DNA from: Sedimentisphaerales bacterium
GTDB taxonomy: Bacteria > Planctomycetota > Phycisphaerae > Sedimentisphaerales > Anaerobacaceae
NCBI GenBank assembly: GCA_963708075.1
Contig: OY970194.1
Location: forward strand, 2,816,001-2,880,000
Length of the DNA stretch: 64,000 bases
Reading direction: 5' to 3'
Position numbers and translations under genes: made by a program. The notes under the pieces were generated by a model that ran no database searches, was not told where the DNA came from, and saw only the letters and a list, made by a program, of their open reading frames with translations. The stretch's first letter is position 1. Every line of letters begins with the position of its first letter. Below are positions 1-10,224 of this stretch, one piece after another.

Positions 1-3000
1 CGGACGGGGCAAAAGTCTTTCTCGCCGCGCCTCGGCCGTACCTTGGGGAGGATATCTGCGGGACATACCGCCTCTGGCTGGAGCCGGATGAGGAGCCGGC
101 ATCCCCGCTGGCCAGGGTGATGTTCGCCGAGCCCCAGGTCGCGACGCGGCTTCGTGAGAGTGTGCCGTTCACGTACGAGGCGGATGCAGAATCCGCCCCG
201 CAGCACAAAGACTCTGCACCACCGTCGGCCCTTAAGGATGGCAAGTGGCACAGCGCCCCCTCGCAAAGTGTTCAGTACAACAGTGATGTGAATATTGTCG
301 CGGACCTCGGCACCGAGCAGTCTGTCGATAGCGCCGCCGTCATGGCGTACCAGCGGAACGGCGAGTTCGAGGTCACAAGCGTCACGATATCGGTCAGCAG
401 CGACAGGCAGCAGTGGCGACAGGCAACAGTCGTAGAAAATGCCAAGCTCGGGCAAGGCTCTTTCGAGGACACTGCGATTGCCCTTTCCGCCGCCGTCGGT
501 CAGAAGGCCCGGTATCTCAAATTCGCTATCAGGAAGTCCCCCGCTGCCAAGCGTGTGCTCCTCGGGGAGATCCTCATTGGCAAGGCCGAGCGCGCAACTG
601 CGCCGGCCCATCGAAACCCTCCGACGCCGATGCAGGTGAAGCGGGCTCTTGATGATGCGTTGCTCAACGCAGGGGTTCCGTTCCTCTACGGCTGCTACGT
701 GACCGATATCCTGCACGACAATGCCGGCCGACCGGCGGGCATCGTTATCGCCAATCGCTCCGGCCGACAGGCGATCCGGGCCAAGGTCGTCATCGATGGT
801 ACGCCGCGAGCCGCGGTCGCCAGGCTCGCCGGCGCCCACTTCGATCCGTATCTGCCGGGGACACACATATTCAAGAGGACCGTCATCGGCGGGCAGACGC
901 GCCGAGAGGAGCACATGCGGGCCCGCAAGCTGCCCGCCCCCGTGCACACGGCGGATGGACACGCCTACGAGGCGATCGAGTACACGCTTGCCATCCCCAT
1001 GAGAGACGGCTCATTTGCCTCGTTCGCCAAGGCGGAGCAGATCGCCCGTGACCGGACCTGGGAGGCCGGGCAGGTGGACGCGTCGGAGACCCTGTTCCAG
1101 GTGCCGCCGGATGCGATGAGAGGCGAAGCGCAGCAGTGCTGCGAGTGGCCCGGGGCCGGCAAGATCGATCTCGACGTTTTCCGCCCCGCCGGTGTGAAGA
1201 GTCTCTACGTGCTCGGCGGATGCGCGGATGTGTCGCGTGAGGCAGCGAAGAGGCTGCTGCGGCCGCTGGAACTCATGGAAGTCGGAACTCGCGTCGGCTC
1301 CGCAGCGGCCGTCGAGGCCCGGCGTATTGAGTCATCCCACGGTGTCAAGGTTGCCGCACCGCGAGTCAGAGCCGCGGCAACAGGCGCCGTTTGCGAAGAC
1401 CCGGCGTGGATGCGGGCGGCGGGACATGCTGTGCAGATAAAGACAGGAAGATGTGCCGTGCCCGTTCTTGATCAGTATGACGTGGTCGTGGTCGGCGGCG
1501 GCACCGGCGGCGCTCCGGCGGGAATCGCGGCGGCCCGCCAGGGGGCGAAGACGCTCGTCGTGGAATACCTGCACGGTCTGGGCGGCGTCGGCACTATGGG
1601 CCTGATCGGGAAGTACTACTACGGCCACCGGGAGGGATTCACGAAGGAACTCGATCAAGGTCTAATCCAGCTTGGCGGCGAGGGCACAGGCAAGAGCGAG
1701 CCGGGCCAGGCGTGGAACAGCCAGGTAAAAATGGAGTGGTATCGGCGGGAGCTGCGAAAGGCCGGCGCGGACATCTGGTACGGCACGCTCGGCTGCGGGG
1801 CCTTCGTGGATGGCAATCGGGTCAAGGGTGTAGTGGTCGCTACGCCTGATGGTCGCGGCGTTATCATGGCAAAGGCCGTGATCGACGCCACAGGCAGCGC
1901 GGATATCGCCGCTGCGGCGGGTGCCCAATGCAGCTACATCGGCGGCGAGCACGTCGCCGTCCAAGGCACGGGGCTGCCGCCCTGGGAGCCGGGCGCCCGA
2001 TACACGAACACCGATTTCGATTTCATCGACGACATCGACGTCACGGACACATCCTATTCTTTCCTCGCCGCCAGGAAGAAATTCGGCAATGCATACGATC
2101 TCGGCCAGCTCGTCGATAGCCGGGAGCGAAGGCAGATCGTCGGCGATTTCTGCCTCTCTCCGATGGATGTGTACCTCGACCGGACGTTCCCCGATTCCGT
2201 CGTCCGGGCCAGCAGCAATTTCGACTCGCACGGCTTCACGATCCATCCGATCTTCATGCTGCGGCCGCCGGACCGAAAGACCATGCCCTGCTACGTCCCC
2301 TACCGCTGCCTGCTGCCCAAGGGCATCGAGGGCGTTCTCGTCACCGGGCTCGGCGTCAGCGCCGACCGTGACGTGATGCCGGTCATCCGGATGCAGCCCG
2401 ACGTGCAGAATCAGGGTTACGCCGCGGGGGTGGCCGCAGCAACGGCTGTCCGCGAGGGCAAGACCCTGCGCGAGATCGACATCCGCGAGTTGCAGCGCCA
2501 CCTCGTGCAGAAAGGTTGTCTGCCCGAGGAGGTCCTCACGCACAAGGATTCATTCCCCTTGCCGCAAGAGCAGGTCGCGGAGGCGGTCAAGTGCGTCGCC
2601 AACGATTTCAAGGACCTGGAGAAGGTCTTCGTCGCGCCCGAACAAGCTCTGCCTCTGCTCCAGGCGGCGTACCAGACCGCCGGCTCGGAGAAAGATAAGC
2701 TCACCTACGCTCACATCCTCGGCATCTTCGGCGATCCGACCGGTGCCGACACACTGGCCCAAGCCGTCGCCGCAAGGGACTGGGACGAAGGCTGGAAGTA
2801 CACAGGCATGGGACAGTACGGCCCGAGCATGAGCGTGTTGGATAGCCAGATCATCGCGCTAGGCCGGACCCGGCAGGTCTCGGCGTTGCAGCCCATCCTC
2901 GCCAAGGTCAGACAGTTAGGCCCCGAGCACGCGCTGTCGCACCACCGGGCCGTGGCGGAGGCCCTGGAGACGCTCGGCGACCCGGCCGCCGCTGAGCCGC

Positions 3001-3257
3001 TGGCCGAGCTGCTGCAAAAGCCCGGCATGACCGGCCACGCCTTCACGGACGTCCAGACGGCAATGTATGACATCCCGCCCAGTCCGACGGACAACACCAC
3101 CCGCGAATACTCGCTGCGAGAGCTCATGCTGGCCCGTGCCCTCTACCGCTGCGGCGACCGCGAGGGCCTCGGCCGCAAGATCCTCGAACAATACGCCCGG
3201 GACCTGCGAGGCCACTACGCCCGGCACGCTCTGGCGATTCTCCATGAGAAAGATTGA
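1..3257 (+). CDS. Large FAD-dependent oxidoreductase (FAD_oxidored-like) with an inserted discoidin/F5-8-like domain and a C-terminal HEAT-like region; 5'-truncated by the window
   Basis: Frame is open from base 3 (DGAKVFLAAPRPYLGEDICG...). Motifs include YDVVVVGGGTGG...AARQGAKTLVVE, AKAVIDATG and VPYRCLLPKGIEGVLVTG. DLG...VDS...VSSDRQQW...ARYLKF resembles a discoidin domain. Confidence 0.8.
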   Translation, partial: DGAKVFLAAPRPYLGEDICGTYRLWLEPDEEPASPLARVMFAEPQVATRLRESVPFTYEADAESAPQHKDSAPPSALKDGKWHSAPSQSVQYNSDVNIVADLGTEQSVDSAAVMAYQRNGEFEVTSVTISVSSDRQQWRQATVVENAKLGQGSFEDTAIALSAAVGQKARYLKFAIRKSPAAKRVLLGEILIGKAERATAPAHRNPPTPMQVKRALDDALLNAGVPFLYGCYVTDILHDNAGRPAGIVIANRSGRQAIRAKVVIDGTPRAAVARLAGAHFDPYLPGTHIFKRTVIGGQTRREEHMRARKLPAPVHTADGHAYEAIEYTLAIPMRDGSFASFAKAEQIARDRTWEAGQVDASETLFQVPPDAMRGEAQQCCEWPGAGKIDLDVFRPAGVKSLYVLGGCADVSREAAKRLLRPLELMEVGTRVGSAAAVEARRIESSHGVKVAAPRVRAAATGAVCEDPAWMRAAGHAVQIKTGRCAVPVLDQYDVVVVGGGTGGAPAGIAAARQGAKTLVVEYLHGLGGVGTMGLIGKYYYGHREGFTKELDQGLIQLGGEGTGKSEPGQAWNSQVKMEWYRRELRKAGADIWYGTLGCGAFVDGNRVKGVVVATPDGRGVIMAKAVIDATGSADIAAAAGAQCSYIGGEHVAVQGTGLPPWEPGARYTNTDFDFIDDIDVTDTSYSFLAARKKFGNAYDLGQLVDSRERRQIVGDFCLSPMDVYLDRTFPDSVVRASSNFDSHGFTIHPIFMLRPPDRKTMPCYVPYRCLLPKGIEGVLVTGLGVSADRDVMPVIRMQPDVQNQGYAAGVAAATAVREGKTLREIDIRELQRHLVQKGCLPEEVLTHKDSFPLPQEQVAEAVKCVANDFKDLEKVFVAPEQALPLLQAAYQTAGSEKDKLTYAHILGIFGDPTGADTLAQAVAARDWDEGWKYTGMGQYGPSMSVLDSQIIALGRTRQVSALQPILAKVRQLGPEHALSHHRAVAEALETLGDPAAAEPLAELLQKPGMTGHAFTDVQTAMYDIPPSPTDNTTREYSLRELMLARALYRCGDREGLGRKILEQYARDLRGHYARHALAILHEKD

Positions 3258-3420
3258 TCCCTGTAGGGGTACCCCCCTGTTGTCGCCCTATTCCGAGTGA
3301 GCACAGGGGCCTTCTCCTGCAAGATAGGAGCGATACTCTGGTAGACAGAGCCCGAATTATCGTCTACTATGTCCCCATGATTGAAATAACATCAAATGGC
3401 ATTTTAAGGAGGTACTGACG

Positions 3421-4455
3421 ATGGCAGGACAATATCGGTTTTCGTTTGGGCCGTGGAATATTCATGAGGGGGCGGACCCGTTCGGGCCCACGGTGCGGCG
3501 AGGCGTCACGTTCGCCAAGAAGCTCAAAATGTACAAGAAACTCGGTTTCGACGGCGTGCAGTTCCATGATGACGACGCCGTGCCGGATATGAACAAGCTG
3601 AGCCCGAAGGACATTACCAAGGCGGCCAAGGACGTCTATAAGGCTCTCAAGGATGAAGGGCTGACCGCAGAGTTCGTCGCCCCAAGGCTGTGGGAGGACC
3701 CGCGAACCATCGACGGCGGCTACACGTCCAATGATCCTGAGGCCCGTCAGTATGCTAAGGACCGCAGCCGCCGAGCTATCGACATTGCTGTCGCGCTGAA
3801 TACGAAGCTGATCGTACTGTGGCTGGCCCGCGAAGGAACGTACATCCGCGAGGCCAAGGACCCGAAGGTCGCGACGGATAGGCTGGTCGAGGCCATCGAC
3901 GATATGCTCAGCTACAATCCGGACATCAAGATTGCCATCGAGCCCAAGCCCAATGAGCCGATGGACCAGGCCTACATCCCCACGACGGGACATGCGCTGG
4001 CCCTGGGCTACCTGACGAAGGACGAGAGCCGCGTCGGTGTGAACATCGAGACGGCGCACGTGATCCTGGCCGGGCTCGATCCCTCCGACGAAATGGGCTT
4101 TGTACTCGCCTACGACAAACTCTACACGGTCCACCTGAACGACCAGAACGGCCTGAAATTCGATGAGGACAAGAGCTTCGGGTCGGTGAACCTGCGACGC
4201 GCGTTCAACCAGGTCCGTGTCCTCGACAAGTACAACTTCGGCACGCGGGGTGAGTTCGTCGGCCTCGATGTCAAGGCGATGCGAAGCCAGAAGCAGGACG
4301 TGGCGACGAAGCACCTGACGAACAGCCGGACGATCTTCCTGCGGCTCGTCGAGCTCGTCCGCAGTCTCGATCAGGCCAGGGTCGATCAACTGATCGCCGA
4401 CCGCGACTACGAGGAACTGGACATGCTTATCGTCAACCACCTGATGGGCAAGTGA
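3421..4455 (+). CDS. xylA: Xylose isomerase-family TIM-barrel sugar isomerase
   Basis: Motifs FSFGPW, QFHDDD, WLAREG, IEPKPNEP, NIETAH and HLNDQ..DED; RBS AAGGAGG. Confidence 0.8.
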   Translation: MAGQYRFSFGPWNIHEGADPFGPTVRRGVTFAKKLKMYKKLGFDGVQFHDDDAVPDMNKLSPKDITKAAKDVYKALKDEGLTAEFVAPRLWEDPRTIDGGYTSNDPEARQYAKDRSRRAIDIAVALNTKLIVLWLAREGTYIREAKDPKVATDRLVEAIDDMLSYNPDIKIAIEPKPNEPMDQAYIPTTGHALALGYLTKDESRVGVNIETAHVILAGLDPSDEMGFVLAYDKLYTVHLNDQNGLKFDEDKSFGSVNLRRAFNQVRVLDKYNFGTRGEFVGLDVKAMRSQKQDVATKHLTNSRTIFLRLVELVRSLDQARVDQLIADRDYEELDMLIVNHLMGK

Positions 4456-4512
4456 ATCGGACTTATCCTCTGAGGACGCCGCTACAACTTGAGTGGCCGG
4501 GATAACGGATGG

Positions 4513-4586
4513 TATGTCATTCCCGCGCAGGCGGGAATCCATAAGGTAACGGCTTTGTGGATCCCCGCCTTCGTGGGGATGACATA
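4513..4586. repeat. REP/dRS3-like inverted repeat (GTCATTCCCGCGCAGGCGGGAATCC ... GGATCCCCGCCTTCGTGGGGATGAC)
   Basis: Two ~29-bp inverted arms, each with an internal hairpin; intergenic. Confidence 0.85.
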
Positions 4587-4636
4587 GTCAGGCAAGTGGT
4601 TCCGGCAGATATCTGAATATAGGATTATCACAGGCA

Positions 4637-5401
4637 ATGACGACGAATGACAAAGTTGTCCTGAGCATCGGGGCGCATCCGGACGATGCGGAATTCATGT
4701 GCGCCGGCACGCTCGCGCTGCTGCGCGAGCGGGGCTGGGAGGTCCACATCGCCACGATGGCCCCGGGCGACTGCGGGACGGTGCAATACTCCCGCGAGGA
4801 GATCAGCCGGATTCGCAAGGGTGAGTCCGCAAAGGCCGCCGCGATGCTCGACGGGCATTATCACTGCCTCGAATGCGGCGACATCTTCATCATGTACGAC
4901 CGCGGGACACTGCTCAAGACTATCGAGCTGGTACGCAAGGTCCGGCCGAAGATCGTGTTCACGCTGAGCCCTTCGGACTACATGGTCGATCACGATACAG
5001 CCAGTCGGTTGGCCCAGACGGCCTGCTTCTGCTGCGGCGTCGTCAACGTCGAGACGCCCGGGGTCGAGCCCTTTGAGCCGATCCCCTACCTCTACTACGC
5101 CGATCCGGTCGAGGGCAAGGACAAGTTCGGCACGCCGGTCAAACCGACGATGATCGTCAATATCAGTAGCGTGATTGATACCAAAGAGAAGATGCTCTGC
5201 TGTCACGAGAGCCAGCGGGATTGGCTGCTCAAGCATCATGGGATGGATGAGTACGTCAACATGATGAAGGCGTTCGGCGCCAAACGCGGCGCCGAGATCG
5301 GCCGCCAGTTCGGCGAAGGCTTCCGCCAGCATCTCGGCCACGCCTACCCGCAGGACAATATCCTCAAGAAGGAGTTGGCCGACCTCGTCCACACGGCATG
5401 A
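4637..5401 (+). CDS. PIG-L/LmbE-family N-acetyl-sugar deacetylase
   Basis: AHPDDAE metal motif, SDYMVDH and HESQ. Confidence 0.9.
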   Translation: MTTNDKVVLSIGAHPDDAEFMCAGTLALLRERGWEVHIATMAPGDCGTVQYSREEISRIRKGESAKAAAMLDGHYHCLECGDIFIMYDRGTLLKTIELVRKVRPKIVFTLSPSDYMVDHDTASRLAQTACFCCGVVNVETPGVEPFEPIPYLYYADPVEGKDKFGTPVKPTMIVNISSVIDTKEKMLCCHESQRDWLLKHHGMDEYVNMMKAFGAKRGAEIGRQFGEGFRQHLGHAYPQDNILKKELADLVHTA

Positions 5402-5422
5402 GAGCCTCTAACAAAATAAACC

Positions 5423-5501
5423 GGGTGCCATGCTTACGCTTGCGTAAGCATGCTTTGCATGGCGCATCGAACATGTCCGCGCAAGCGTGGACATGGCACC
5501 C
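5423..5501. repeat. Palindromic repeat, family B (GGGTGCCATG...CATGGCACCC), copy 1
   Basis: Terminal inverted repeats plus two internal hairpins; a near-identical copy lies at 11137-11216. Confidence 0.85.
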
Positions 5502-5508
5502 AGAGCTT

Positions 5509-5598
5509 TGTCATCCTGAGCGAAGCGAAGGGTCCGGGCTCCGAATGAGAGGTTTCTCTAATTCGCGGGCCGGATGTTTCACTGCGTTCAGCATGACA
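5509..5598. repeat. Palindromic repeat, family C (TGTCATCCTGAGCGAAGCGAAGG...TTCAGCATGACA)
   Basis: Inverted arms; a related copy lies at 58369-58489. Confidence 0.75.
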
Positions 5599-5633
5599 CA
5601 ACGGTCGGTCAGGATGAGTCAAGGAGAAGTGTC

Positions 5634-6563
5634 ATGGCGAGAAAGTTGAGTATTCTGGCGCCGGACTGGTGGGATTACACGACGCTCGATGACGAGATCC
5701 TCAACGACGCCGCCCGGTTGACCGTGGAGAATATGGCCGCGCTCAGCCGTGAAGGCTTCAAGGCCGTCTTCTATGACACGCTCGAAGATTTCTACCTGGC
5801 AGAGGCGCTGGAGTACATCACAGCGTGGAAGCAGGCGACGCCGGCGAGCCCGGCCGGCATTTGCGGCCCTATCGGCCCGACGGAGCAGCTTCCGCTCGTC
5901 GCCCGGCTGGTGAACGAGCTGGAGGTGGACCTGCGAAACGCGCACTTCTGGGGTATGGATGAGTGGTATATGCAGGGCCGGGAGGTACCCCAGACCCATG
6001 CGCTCTCCTTCGCCCGAGCGGATCGCGAGTTGTGCTTCAGCCGCATCCGGCAGGACCTCAAGATGCCCGAGAGCAATCTGCATTTTCCCAGGGCCGACAC
6101 CTCCGCATACATCAAGAGCTGGGAAGGCGTCCGCTGCGTGGTCATGCAAGGCGGCCAGGGCGACATCAAGCACTGGGCGTTCAACGACCCCGTCCGGCGA
6201 CAGGGCAGGTACAAGGACCTGCCGCCGACGCCGCAGGAGTTTCGCCGGCTCACGACTCGCGTGGTGGACCTGCACCCCGTGACGGTCATGCAAAACGCCC
6301 GCACGAGTGGCGGTGGAGTCGTGACGAGTGTGCCCACGCAGGCGATCAGCGTCGGGCCGGTGGAGACCTGGAAGGCGGAAAAGGTCTCGATCTGGCAGGC
6401 GGGCACGCACGACAATCCGTTCGGGATGCGACTGACGACACTGATGATCGGCAAGCGAATCGCCGACAGCGCTGTGCCCATGTCCCTGCTGGCCGACCAC
6501 CCGAACGTGCAATTCAACTTTTACCGCCCCGCGATCGGCACGTGCGAGGCGGAGATGCATTGA
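5634..6563 (+). CDS. NagB-like glucosamine-6-phosphate deaminase/isomerase-family protein
   Basis: [29 protein letters not shown] and [21 protein letters not shown] before the ATG at 5634. Confidence 0.8.
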   Translation: MARKLSILAPDWWDYTTLDDEILNDAARLTVENMAALSREGFKAVFYDTLEDFYLAEALEYITAWKQATPASPAGICGPIGPTEQLPLVARLVNELEVDLRNAHFWGMDEWYMQGREVPQTHALSFARADRELCFSRIRQDLKMPESNLHFPRADTSAYIKSWEGVRCVVMQGGQGDIKHWAFNDPVRRQGRYKDLPPTPQEFRRLTTRVVDLHPVTVMQNARTSGGGVVTSVPTQAISVGPVETWKAEKVSIWQAGTHDNPFGMRLTTLMIGKRIADSAVPMSLLADHPNVQFNFYRPAIGTCEAEMH

Positions 6564-6590
6564 CGACGAATAACGCATGGAGATAGATCG

Positions 6591-7796
6591 ATGGCTGTAG
6601 ATGTGTTGGTGCTGAATACGGCAGTGGTTGATCTGCGCCGGCCGGACTTCGAGTTCGCCGACACGCTCGTCGGCAAAGGCGGCCTGGCTAAATGTAAGAC
6701 CGCGGACATGCCGGGATACTCCCAGAAGCAGATCAGGCAATGGATCGAAGCGGGTTTCGCCACCGCCGGCGGACCCGGCAACACCGCCCCGCTCATCGCG
6801 AGGACCGGCCTGAAAGTCGCCGTCGCCGTCAATCTCGGCAAGGGCGACTACGGCGGCCTCGACGCCCAGGGCCGATACTGGCACGACGTCATGACCACCA
6901 ACGGCATCGACATGTCAGCCACGTACGCCCACCCCACCCTGCCCACCGGCACGACGTTCATCCACAGCATACCCAGCGGGGAGCGAGGCGGGATCGCGTA
7001 CTTTCCCAATGCCAACAACGACTTCGATTTCGGGAATTTCACGGACGCCGTGGAACGCCTTCAGCCGCGAATCGTGTACTATATGTACTCGGGCCTGTCG
7101 GACCGCGGCGATGCCAACGGCGGCCGGGACCTGGCCGAGTTCATCCGGTGGTGCCGCAGCAAAGGAGCCGTGACAATCGCGGACAGCCACACGCTGACGG
7201 GCAATCCGCATAAGCTCATTGCCGAGGGCAAGCCCGTCAAGGAATACCGTCTTCTGGAGCCGCTGCTGCCGGAACTGGATTTGTTCTTCACCTCCTTCGA
7301 CGAAGCCAGGCTCATCGAGAACACGCTCAGCCGAAAGCCGGCCAAAGGCGACATCAGTGAGCACGCGTACAACGTACACTTCCTCGAACTTCTGACGCGG
7401 CGGTTCTGGCAGGATGACGAACGGACCAAGCTGTTCGGCGTCACAGTCAGCGATGGGGCATACGAAATGCATCTGTGTCCCGACGGCCGGACCGGCTGCC
7501 CGGCCAAGGTGACTTCCCGTTTCATGGCCGGCGAAGTCGTGGACCTTGTCGGCGCCGGTGACTCCTTCCGGGCGGGACTCATCACCTATATCGCGAGCAA
7601 TCTGGACGCCTTCCGCAAAGGGAAGATCGATTTTGAGCAGGCCGTGCAGGCAGGCAACTTGTTCGCCTCGCTCTACATCAAGGCCCCGCTTGGCGACCGT
7701 TACGGCAATATCCGCCCCTACCCGAAGATGCTGCAGGTCCTCCGCGCCAAAGGAGGCTTCGAGAGTCTCGACACCCTGCGACGGGCACTGGATTAA
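6591..7796 (+). CDS. PfkB/ribokinase-family carbohydrate kinase
   Basis: AGGPGNTA and the VVDLVGAGDSFRAG signature. Confidence 0.85.
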   Translation: MAVDVLVLNTAVVDLRRPDFEFADTLVGKGGLAKCKTADMPGYSQKQIRQWIEAGFATAGGPGNTAPLIARTGLKVAVAVNLGKGDYGGLDAQGRYWHDVMTTNGIDMSATYAHPTLPTGTTFIHSIPSGERGGIAYFPNANNDFDFGNFTDAVERLQPRIVYYMYSGLSDRGDANGGRDLAEFIRWCRSKGAVTIADSHTLTGNPHKLIAEGKPVKEYRLLEPLLPELDLFFTSFDEARLIENTLSRKPAKGDISEHAYNVHFLELLTRRFWQDDERTKLFGVTVSDGAYEMHLCPDGRTGCPAKVTSRFMAGEVVDLVGAGDSFRAGLITYIASNLDAFRKGKIDFEQAVQAGNLFASLYIKAPLGDRYGNIRPYPKMLQVLRAKGGFESLDTLRRALD

Positions 7797-7815
7797 GAAG
7801 ATGGAGTGACAAAGA

Positions 7816-8877
7816 ATGGCAACGAAAAAGCCGCAATTCGGCTGGCAGGACAAGATCGGCAACTCTGCTCAGGTCGGCGGGATCGAAACATCGGTACTCG
7901 ATAATGGGCTGGGCCGGGGGACGCGAATCGCATGGATCAACACGGGTTCGGGCCTTCGCTACAGAGTCGTCATCGACCGGGCGCTCGACATCGTTGACAC
8001 GTTCTACAATCAGCACAGCCTCGTGTGGCTCAGTCACGCGGGCGTGACGGCGCCGCGGCCGGACGCCAACCGAGGTCTCGAATGGCTCTGGTCCTTCGGC
8101 GGCGGGCTGCTCACGACCTGCGGCCTGACCCATGCCGGCGGCCCTGAGAGCGATAGCTTCGGCGAGCGAGGCTTGCACGGACGAATCAGTAATATGCCCG
8201 CGCAAATCGAGTCCATCGTTCAGCCGGACCCCGGCAGTGACAATCCGAAGATGAGCATCACCGCCCTTGTGAAAGAGTCGCGTGTCTTCGGCCCCAATCT
8301 CGAACTGCGGCGGACAATCTCAAGCACGCTCGGCGAGCCGGTGATCCGGATTCATGATGTGGTGACGAACGTCGGCAACTCGCCCATGCCGCACATGATG
8401 CTCTATCACTGCAACTATGGCTGGCCCCTCGTCGATGAGGGCACGAAGATCATCTACAAAGGCGAGTGCAAGTCGCGCGGCTCCGAGATGGACAATGCCA
8501 TCTTCAATGACACGCACGATTTCCGCACGTGCCCGGGGCCTCTGGAGCAGCATCGGGGCACGGGCGAAGCGTGCGGCTTCATCGATGTCACGCCGGACAG
8601 CGGCGGCATGTGCACCATCGGCCTGTACAACAGGAAGCTCAATCTGGCCGTCGTCATGCGGTACAAGAAGAAGCAATTGCCCTCGCTGGCCAACTGGCAG
8701 CATTGGGGGCCGGGTGAGTACGTCACGGGGCTCGAGCCCGGGACCAACCCGCCCATCGGCCAGGGCAAGGCCCGTGAGCAGGGCCGGCTCATCCACCTCG
8801 ATCCGGGCAGGAGCCGCACGTACGATCTGGAGATCCGCGTGCTCGCTGAAGACAAGGACATCAAGCAATACCTGTAG
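7816..8877 (+). CDS. Aldose 1-epimerase-like protein (DUF4432)
   Basis: DRALDI, GGLLTTCGL, LHGRISN, MLYHCNYG and YVTGLEPGTN. Confidence 0.85.
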   Translation: MATKKPQFGWQDKIGNSAQVGGIETSVLDNGLGRGTRIAWINTGSGLRYRVVIDRALDIVDTFYNQHSLVWLSHAGVTAPRPDANRGLEWLWSFGGGLLTTCGLTHAGGPESDSFGERGLHGRISNMPAQIESIVQPDPGSDNPKMSITALVKESRVFGPNLELRRTISSTLGEPVIRIHDVVTNVGNSPMPHMMLYHCNYGWPLVDEGTKIIYKGECKSRGSEMDNAIFNDTHDFRTCPGPLEQHRGTGEACGFIDVTPDSGGMCTIGLYNRKLNLAVVMRYKKKQLPSLANWQHWGPGEYVTGLEPGTNPPIGQGKAREQGRLIHLDPGRSRTYDLEIRVLAEDKDIKQYL

Positions 8878-8892
8878 GCGCGGGTCGGCAAC

Positions 8893-10170
8893 ATGAGTGA
8901 GCACATTTTCGCGGGTTTCGGCTTCGGGCCCATCCAGGCGGGTTTATTCGCCAAGGAGGCTTTTCAGAGCGGCAACTTCCGGCGGATCGTCGTCGCGGAG
9001 ATCGATCAGCGGCTCGTGGACGCCGTGCGATCCAACAATGGCACGTACTACGTCAACGTCGCCGGCAGCGACGGGATCGAGACGGTGCGAATCGACGGCG
9101 TTGAGCTATTCAACCCAATGAACCCCGGCGATTCGGCCGCCCTCCTTTCTGCGCTTGCCGAGGCGACGGAGATCACGACCTGCCTGCCCTCGGTCAACTT
9201 CTTCGATTCACACCCGACCAACGGTGTTGCAGCGTTGATCGCTGAAGGACTCCGCCGTCGCAAGTCGGACGCCATGATTGTCTACGCCGCTGAGAATCAC
9301 AATCATGCGGCCGAAATCCTTGAACAGGCCGTCGTGCAAAGACTCGGCGCCGCCCTGTCGCCGCGAGTCCAGTTCCTGAACACCGTCATCGGCAAGATGA
9401 GCCAGGTCGTAAACGATCCCCGCGAGATCGCCGAACGAGAGCTCTCGCCAATTGCCCCGGGCTTCGAGCGTGCGTTCCTGGTCGAGGAATTCAACCGCAT
9501 CCTTGTCACGCGCACGACCGTTCCGGAATTCGTCCCAGGCATCGAGGTCTTCATCGAGAAGGCTGACCTGCTCCCATTCGAGGAGGCCAAGCTCTACGGC
9601 CACAACGCGATTCACGCTCTGCTTGGCTTCGTCGGCCTGCTCAAGGGCTACGGGAAAATGACCGAGCTCAAAGACGATGCCCGTGTGATGCGTGTGGCCC
9701 GCGATGCGTTCATCGCGGAGTCCGGCGGGGCCTTGCTCCGCAAACACGCCTCGCTCGGCGACGACCTATTCACGGAGGCCGGCTATCGACATTACGCAGA
9801 GGACCTGCTGAAACGCATGACCAATCCGTATCTCGCAGACACCACCGCCCGTGCCGCTCGCGACGTCGTGCGCAAGCTCGGAGCCAACGACCGCATCTAC
9901 GGCACGATGGCCCTGGCATTGGAGCATGGCATCGACCCAAAGAACATGGCCATCGGCGCGATGGCCGGCATCGCCCTGCTGCTAGCGAGCGCCGCCGATC
10001 ACGGTCTGCCTCCCGCATTGCACTCGCTGAACTGGCGAACCCTGGATTCGAGCAGCCTCACACAGCTCCTGACGCATCTCTGGCAAAGCCCGGCGCCGCC
10101 CGCTCTGCATAAGCTCGCCGATTGTACCTGCAGCGCCGGCAAATCCCTCGCCGGCCTGCTCACGAGATAG
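8893..10170 (+). CDS. Mannitol-1-phosphate 5-dehydrogenase-like polyol dehydrogenase
   Basis: GFGPIQAG, AAENH, KLYGHNAIHA and RMTNPYLAD...RKLGANDR (MtlD-like motifs). Confidence 0.75.
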   Translation: MSEHIFAGFGFGPIQAGLFAKEAFQSGNFRRIVVAEIDQRLVDAVRSNNGTYYVNVAGSDGIETVRIDGVELFNPMNPGDSAALLSALAEATEITTCLPSVNFFDSHPTNGVAALIAEGLRRRKSDAMIVYAAENHNHAAEILEQAVVQRLGAALSPRVQFLNTVIGKMSQVVNDPREIAERELSPIAPGFERAFLVEEFNRILVTRTTVPEFVPGIEVFIEKADLLPFEEAKLYGHNAIHALLGFVGLLKGYGKMTELKDDARVMRVARDAFIAESGGALLRKHASLGDDLFTEAGYRHYAEDLLKRMTNPYLADTTARAARDVVRKLGANDRIYGTMALALEHGIDPKNMAIGAMAGIALLLASAADHGLPPALHSLNWRTLDSSSLTQLLTHLWQSPAPPALHKLADCTCSAGKSLAGLLTR

Positions 10171-10224
10171 CCGGCGGGCTTTGCGTGCAGATTTGTGCCG
10201 GGGTCTGGCGTATAATGCCGGCCA

